A DNA stretch of 64,000 bases from Podarcis erhardii (Eukaryota): the NCBI GenBank assembly GCA_964252035.1, contig OZ176212.1; one strand, given 5' to 3'. This document shows, in pieces, positions 57,911 through 64,000 of this stretch (positions within the stretch are counted from its first letter, which is position 1; each line of letters begins with the position of its first letter). A program made the translations under genes and the position numbers. The notes beneath the pieces are model-generated. The model did not search any database. It was not told the DNA's origin and worked only from the letters and a program-made list of their open reading frames with translations.

Positions 57911-59074
57911 ATGGTCCCCACTTCTGTCAGAAATCATGCTGCAGCATTCTGTGCTAACTGCAGCTTCCAGATCTAATGTTATGCATAGAATATTAAAATT
58001 AATGACCTGTTAAAATCAATGGACATGACTAACGTATGTCCATTAATTCCAATAGGTCTACTCTCAGTAGAATTTAATACGCTACACCCCTTACTGGGGA
58101 TAGTGTACATAGAAGTGACAATATTCTAGTGTTTCTAAATGCCTCTGAAAAAGCATTTAAGAACTTTAACAAGTTTTAAAACTCTTACGTTATTTTTTCC
58201 AGGCCAATAAATGCAAGGCGAGGAACTATGATGGGAAAAGTTACTAACAGACATCTTGGCAAGCAACTGTGCACAGAGCACACAATTCTAAATTTTAGAG
58301 TGCATTTTACCACACCACTTATTTGAGAAGTTAACTGTTTTGACCAATAGATGCAGTATATCTCAGGGCTATTGTATTATACGTTCCTCATGCCTTGACT
58401 TTGTACCAGGGATGGCCAGATCAGTCTAATCCATATCAGTTATCCATACCCATGTGCAGAATGTTCTTACCGGGCAACCTTGCCTAGTGCTAACACTGAT
58501 ATCTGATCAGCACCAAGCAGACATTTTTGTTCTCTCAGGCATTTGGGTGCTGACATGGACATAGTGCTGTTTCTTGCAGCCATTTTAGGGGACATTCTAT
58601 CGGTTTATGTAGTAATTATCCTGTTTATGGGATGAACTGTGTACTTATTGAATAACCACTTTTAATGTGATAATGTGCAGTGATAAGACTCCACTTCCAA
58701 TATCAAGGGTTATCATCTATTCCTATCAAAAATGTACACTGTACTTCACGTTTTATTGGTTTATCCTTTCTGGCCAAACTAGAAACAACATTGGACACAC
58801 ACTTAGCAATTACATGAGTGTTGTTTTCTTTGTTTTTTTGTTTGTGCTCTCTGATCTGGCTCAGACTGTTATGTTGAGTGTGGAAGTTTTACCCTTTGCT
58901 TCTTTGCTGTACACCTGGGCAGTGTTCACACAGCAGTTTATTTCATTTTCTGGATGTTTCCCTGCTAATTTGTGCATTATATTCAAGCTTTCACATGACA
59001 TAAGAGCCACTTCTTAGAAATCTGGTGGAAAAGAGAACAACTTCAGTGCTTCTTTCCATGTTATTTGCTTCAAG

Positions 59075-59140
59075 GAAGAAGAAGAAGAAGAAGAAGAAGA
59101 AGAAGAAGAAGAAGAAGAAGAAGAAGAAGAAGAAGAAGAA
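59075..59140 (+). repeat. (GAA)22 perfect microsatellite
   Basis: 66 nt of uninterrupted GAA. Confidence 0.97.
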
Positions 59141-60280
59141 ACCATGTTTCCAAGTTTGGAATCCATTTGCAAACCTGAAAGCTTGTACAGGGCTATGTAC
59201 CAGCTGAAGTCCCGCAGAGTGCTCCACAAGCAACTTTCCTTTAGAAAAGCTGGTTATGGAGCCTCACTCCCCAAATTGCCCCCTCCCCTCAATAGGTAGA
59301 TCAAGGAGAGGAAGGACACTTGAGGAGCACTCACACACCCACCAAGGATTGCTCACTCTGCATAACAGCTGTAATCCTGCAGGATTCAGATGACACTCTG
59401 AAATTGGCTTTCCTCACTCACCCACCCCAGGATCAACAGCTGTAGAGGGGAAAGGACAATCTTTCAGGTTCAGGGTGAGGCTTTGTCAATGGCTTTCCTA
59501 AAAGAAAGCTTCTTGTGAAGCATGGCACATCCACACCAGACTGAATGCTCAATTGTTGGGTCAATCCTGGGGTGGAAGTTGAGGTTAGAAACCACAAAAC
59601 TAGAAGGGATGTAACAGAGTACCCTGGAATGGGATATGTCTGACTGGCTGGCTGGCACCTTAAACTGGAACTTTCCACACCAAAATATTTTGCTGCAGAT
59701 TCCATTTAATAGAGACAAATGGCATTCTGTCTACAACAGAGTACTAGTTGACTATGCAAAAGAAAATTGTTGCTTAATTCTTCAATGTTTGCAATTAAAA
59801 ATCATCATAAATAACTTCAAGTACTTTACAACTGGCTTCAGTGTGACGAAAAAATCCCCCAGAAAATATTTATGGAATATATTGCTGCTGGAGATCTATA
59901 AATTCAAATATAAAGTACCAGTCAAAACATTAAACAAAACTCAGAAATGCAACGATATAATTGTAATTAGCCAAGTGAAACAGTTTCTTTTAGGATTTAT
60001 TTTCCACATCTGACAGTCACAGAATAATTTTCAGTTTATTTTCAGGTTTGTCGTTATATATATTATTAATAACAATGATATTGGTTTTCTGCTGCTTTCC
60101 AAAGGAGCTCAGGAAACCACAAAATTGTGAGAATGTGTGACCCTGGGTGAGAATGTTCACTCTGGTCTTCTCAGTAAAAACTGCAAACTCAACCCCACCC
60201 AGTACTAAGAGTTTTAAAGCTGTAATAAAGATCGATTTTTATTACCAATAGTCCCCATTTACTTTCATTGTTATTTAACA

Positions 60281-61261
60281 CTACAGTGTAGGGAAACTTT
60301 TCCCTGTTTCCAGGACTCGGCAATTAATTAAAGGGAAAATCTTTCTTCTGGCTAAGTGTTGCAGGGCCTCTTTCACTTTCTTGTTTCTCAGACTATAAAT
60401 GAAAGGATTCATTAATGGAGTTATCACTGTGTTCAGTATACTGGCTACCTTGTTGAGGTCCAATGAGTGGTTTTTTTGTGGCTGAACATAAATGAAAATA
60501 GAACTCCCATAGAACAGTGTCACCACAATTAGGTGAGAGGCACACGTAGAGAATGCTTTCTGTCGTCCTTTTGCTGAGGGGATCCTCAGCACTGTTGCTA
60601 TAATGAATATATAGGACACACTCGTCAACAGTAATGAGCCTAGGAGCAGCAAAGCTGAATTGACAAAATTAATCATTTCAATTTTCCTTACATCAGAGCA
60701 GGCCAGCTTGAGAATTGGGTCAACATCACAAAAGAAATGGTTGATAGAATTGGGTCCACAAAATGGCAGCTGGCTTACCAGGATTGTAGGTGGTAGGACT
60801 GCAAAGAAGCCCCACAGCCAGGAGGCAGCAATAAGCTGGAGGCAAAGTCTCAAGGTCATGATGGCTGTATATCTCAGTGGGTTGCAAATGGCAAGATAGC
60901 GGTCGAATGACATGACAGCCAGAAGGAAGAACTCACTGGAACCTGCTGAGAAATAGATGTAGACCTGCAAAATGCAACTATGGAAGGCAATAGATTTTCT
61001 CCGACTCATGAAGTTGACTAGCATTTTGGGGATAACCGCGGTGGTGTACAGAGTCTCTAAAAATGACAGGTTAGCAATAAACATGTACATTGGGCTGTGA
61101 AGAGTCCTCTCACACCACACCAAGGCAATAATGATAAAGTTGCCTACCAAAGCGAAAACATAGCTGATGAAGAATAAAGTGAAGAGTACCAGTTCAACCC
61201 TTTTAGTTCCGGTGAATCCTAATAGGATGAATTCAGTCACATTCCTTGTCTGGTTCCTCAT
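60281..61261 (-). CDS. Olfactory receptor, family-6-like (326 aa), type D2
   Basis: Same motifs as D1; intact ORF. Confidence 0.95.
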   Translation of the reverse strand: MRNQTRNVTEFILLGFTGTKRVELVLFTLFFISYVFALVGNFIIIALVWCERTLHSPMYMFIANLSFLETLYTTAVIPKMLVNFMSRRKSIAFHSCILQVYIYFSAGSSEFFLLAVMSFDRYLAICNPLRYTAIMTLRLCLQLIAASWLWGFFAVLPPTILVSQLPFCGPNSINHFFCDVDPILKLACSDVRKIEMINFVNSALLLLGSLLLTSVSYIFIIATVLRIPSAKGRQKAFSTCASHLIVVTLFYGSSIFIYVQPQKNHSLDLNKVASILNTVITPLMNPFIYSLRNKKVKEALQHLARRKIFPLINCRVLETGKSFPTL

Positions 61262-62078
61262 TGTAATGTGCAGCTGAAAGAGTCACTTGGGACAGTGGAG
61301 GTACAGGTATTGGTCATACCAATTCTTCTTCTGCCGTGATAATTCTGGATTATGTAAGAAAGGTATAGAAACCATGAGCCAGAGAAGGACAAAACTTCCC
61401 ACATGCCTGTTTCTGTGAGATACTACATGGAGCTATGCATGAGAAACATCAGCTGTTTTTGTTTAAATCAAGGGAAGAAATGGACCATGAGAAATTGAAA
61501 AAAAAATACAAGATATTAGGATTGATATACTATTTTTCATAGATTGAAAACTAAGCCCTTTCTTGTACTAAACTGAATAAATGAGGAAATAAAGAAAAGT
61601 TTCATTAAAAAACTTTTTAAAAGCTTTATAGACAATAAAAATGTTTATCTTCTACAAATTTCAAAAGGGGGAAGCATAAGCAACCTCCTAAATAAGTTTG
61701 AAACTAGTACACACAAGTTCTTACCTTCAAGCTTAATATTTAATTTAACTGTTTGAAACTGTTACTGTTGAAATATTTTAATAAATAATGAACCATATCT
61801 GATGCTGCTGCTTTGGCAGCACCGCAGACTTCCCCAATGCCACAGAACCTTCCTCTCCTCTCCTCTGTAGTGTCTCCTGCATTCTCGATATCTGCTCCAG
61901 AGAGGAGGAAGACCAGTTGGAGCAGATTAAAGAATACATAGAGAAGACAGGAATGAAAGTTCAGTTGTTCAAATTGAAGCATTACTCAAAACTCTATATT
62001 TATGTATATTGTTATGGAACAGGCTCCCCTCCCCAGCTTGAGGTTTTTTGTTTTTTTGTTTTACTTCTTTTGGCAGTA

Positions 62079-62303
62079 TAGTGGTACTTTGGGTTAAAGA
62101 CACTTCAGGTTACAGACTCCAGTAACCCAGAAATAGTACCTTGGGTTAAGAACTTTGCTTAGGATGAGAACAGAAATCATGCTCCGGCGGCGTAGCAGCA
62201 GCAGGAGGCCCCATTAGCTAAAGTGGTGCTTCAGGTTAAGAACAGTTTCAGGTTAAGAATGGACCTCCAGAACAAATTAAGTTCTTAACCCAAGGTACCA
62301 CTG
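62079..62303. mobile_element. Tigger-like MITE
   Basis: TA|(T)AGTGGTACTTTGGGTTAA ... TTAACCCAAGGTACCACTG|TA. Confidence 0.85.
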
Positions 62304-63739
62304 TACTTAATACCCTTTTAATTTTTAAAAAGTTCCAGTTTAAATATTATAAGAATTAAGCAGCCACCAACCTGTGTCATGCCCCACTCTTCTTTTCTTA
62401 ATGATAGAGACTGAACTAGTACAACTCTGTTTCCTACAGAATATATGAAAAAAAATTGTTCATCATTCAGCAGGTATGCATCCCAAAGGATCAAACTATG
62501 GCAACACTTTCCTGAGTCAATTCCAAAGCACCTTTATGCAGAACTTTAAGAGTTCTCTGACCTCAGATTCAATGTCCTAACATAAAGTATAATGTTCCTC
62601 CCACCGCTTAAAATCAGGCTGATCTCACATTACATTTAATGTGTGTAGAACATAAGAATTTGAGTTGTGCACTTGTTCTGTTATTCTCATGTAATGCTTA
62701 TTGAGTGTAGAGCCTGTTCTCATGTGTAGACAATTGTTGAGCCATATAAATCAACAAGGGCACACTCTTAAACACACAATGCGGTATAGAGACAACCTGT
62801 CCACAAGCCTATTGTCATGTGGGGTGGTATTGGGTGCTGCCCTTTTGCTGGGTAACCTCCAATATGACCCCTTTTGTGGAATTTGGATCTCTCTCCTCAG
62901 GTGAAACATGTGAGGAACTTTGAGAAAAGCTCCAGGTATTTCATTACAACCAACAGATGTGCCAACTCTAGGGGGCCAATGTGTCTCCAGCTCTCTCAAT
63001 CTTTATTGGAAAGGGCACCTCAATGTTGAGGGGATCAGACACAGTGCGCATGCATGACGTCACAGGGGATGCACATTGCATCAGAGTTTCCAGAACACTC
63101 AACCTCCTCCAGATGTTGCAATGTCCTGCACGCCGCTTGTGTGACACCACACGTGTTTGATGCACAACGTGTGTGATGTCACATACATGTGGTGTGTGCT
63201 AGGCCCCCTCAATCTTGCGGGCAACCTGGAACCTCTGACAACTAATGTGATCCCCTGAAGAGAGATTACACAGCCCACAATGTAGTGGTGGAATAGTGTA
63301 GTTTATTCCTCCGAGCCCCTACAGGTGCAATGACACTCCATTGGGGTCAGGGAAGCACCCAACACCCCTCTATGGGATTGCCCAGTGTTGACCACTGGGA
63401 GGGTGCAAACCAAGCTACCAGGGTGTCACTGGGCAGCTAGGGGAAGAGATTCCAGACTGGCAGAGGCTCTAACCTGAGTTTAGTACATGCCTCAGGCCCC
63501 TTATGGGGGCCTTTATTCTATGCTGATCCAGCCCACTCCATTTCCTCCAAATTATACAGAACTTCAGAAACTCCTAACAATATTAAGCCTTTTTTTTAAC
63601 TTAGGGAAAGGCAAAAATAAAAAAGAGGGAAAGGAAAAAAAACAGCAACAACTGAGTTAATGAAGGCCAAGAATTTGAAGCTCAATGCAAAGAAAGAAAC
63701 ACTGTTTGGAGGGGGTTCCTCAGTTTGTTTTGGTAGGGT

Positions 63740-63990
63740 ACATCCTTTTCTGTATGGGGTCACCCTCCCCCTGAAGTTGCAGTTGTGCTCCTTACAGGTA
63801 CACCTGAATCAATTACTGTCCTTAGATGCACAGATGGCATCTGTTTTGTGGAGTGCTTTCTGGATGGACATAGATTGACTTCAATGTTCTATGCTCTGAT
63901 AAACCCTAGGCTAGATTACAGCAGCTGCATTATACACGTAACTGCCTTTACAATTAAGAGTATATGAAGCATGTGCTGGATAAGACCAAA
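63740..63990 (+). mobile_element. Degenerate L2 LINE ORF2 fragment
   Basis: GVTLPLKLQLCSL...LSLDAQMASV...SAF and ALINPRLDYSS resemble L2 ORF2 (GVTLPLK..VRSLG...AQVASV.RSAF; ALVTSRLDYCN). Confidence 0.7.
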
Positions 63991-64000
63991 GTCCTATCTA

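Larger units (their letters stand above)
53330..62960. repeat. Older tandem duplication: ~53330-57420 vs 59570-62960 (OR D1/D2 units)
   Basis: Patchy collinear homology in flanks (56340-56560 vs 62390-62560; 57340-57365 vs 62890-62915); the MITE at 56673 is present only in copy 1. Confidence 0.75.

Noticed and set aside
59014-59233. Poly-K, poly-F and poly-S ORFs
   Set aside because: Translations of the (GAA)22 microsatellite.
61611-61623. Near match to the mouse H/P-element 13-mer AACTTTTTAATGA
   Set aside because: Reads AACTTTTTAAAAG, lacking the TAATGA homeodomain core, and is not conserved in the D1 paralog.

Overview
AT-rich eukaryotic DNA from a squamate reptile. Sauria SINEs, a Bov-B tail and the other repeats suggest a lacertid lizard, which is an inference. 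The window is a chemosensory receptor cluster with every gene on the minus strand. It holds one intact six-exon vomeronasal type-2 receptor (V2R, class C GPCR; CDS 11651->840, 877 aa by my exon assembly). Nine intact single-exon olfactory receptors follow: seven family-14-like and two family-6-like. There are also three OR pseudogene fragments. The ORs sit in nested ~5 kb tandem or segmental duplications. Intergenic and intronic DNA carries many mobile elements: an internally deleted Ngaro-type tyrosine-recombinase (YR) retrotransposon with an intact SGNH-hydrolase exon, three further Ngaro terminal-repeat derivatives, two solo LTRs with 5-bp TSDs, a Copia LTR+PBS, a Penelope-like end carrying a palindromic hammerhead-ribozyme motif, Tc2- and Tigger-like MITEs, Sauria and other tRNA SINEs, and L2/Bov-B fragments. 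I saw no CRISPR array, rRNA or genuine tRNA gene. I cannot claim a wholly new biological system. The best leads are the splice-acceptor-fed SGNH exon and solo A-B repeats of the Ngaro family, the head-to-head hammerhead palindrome, covarying MITE hairpins, and duplicated candidate OR promoter modules. All family assignments come from motif recognition, not database searches.
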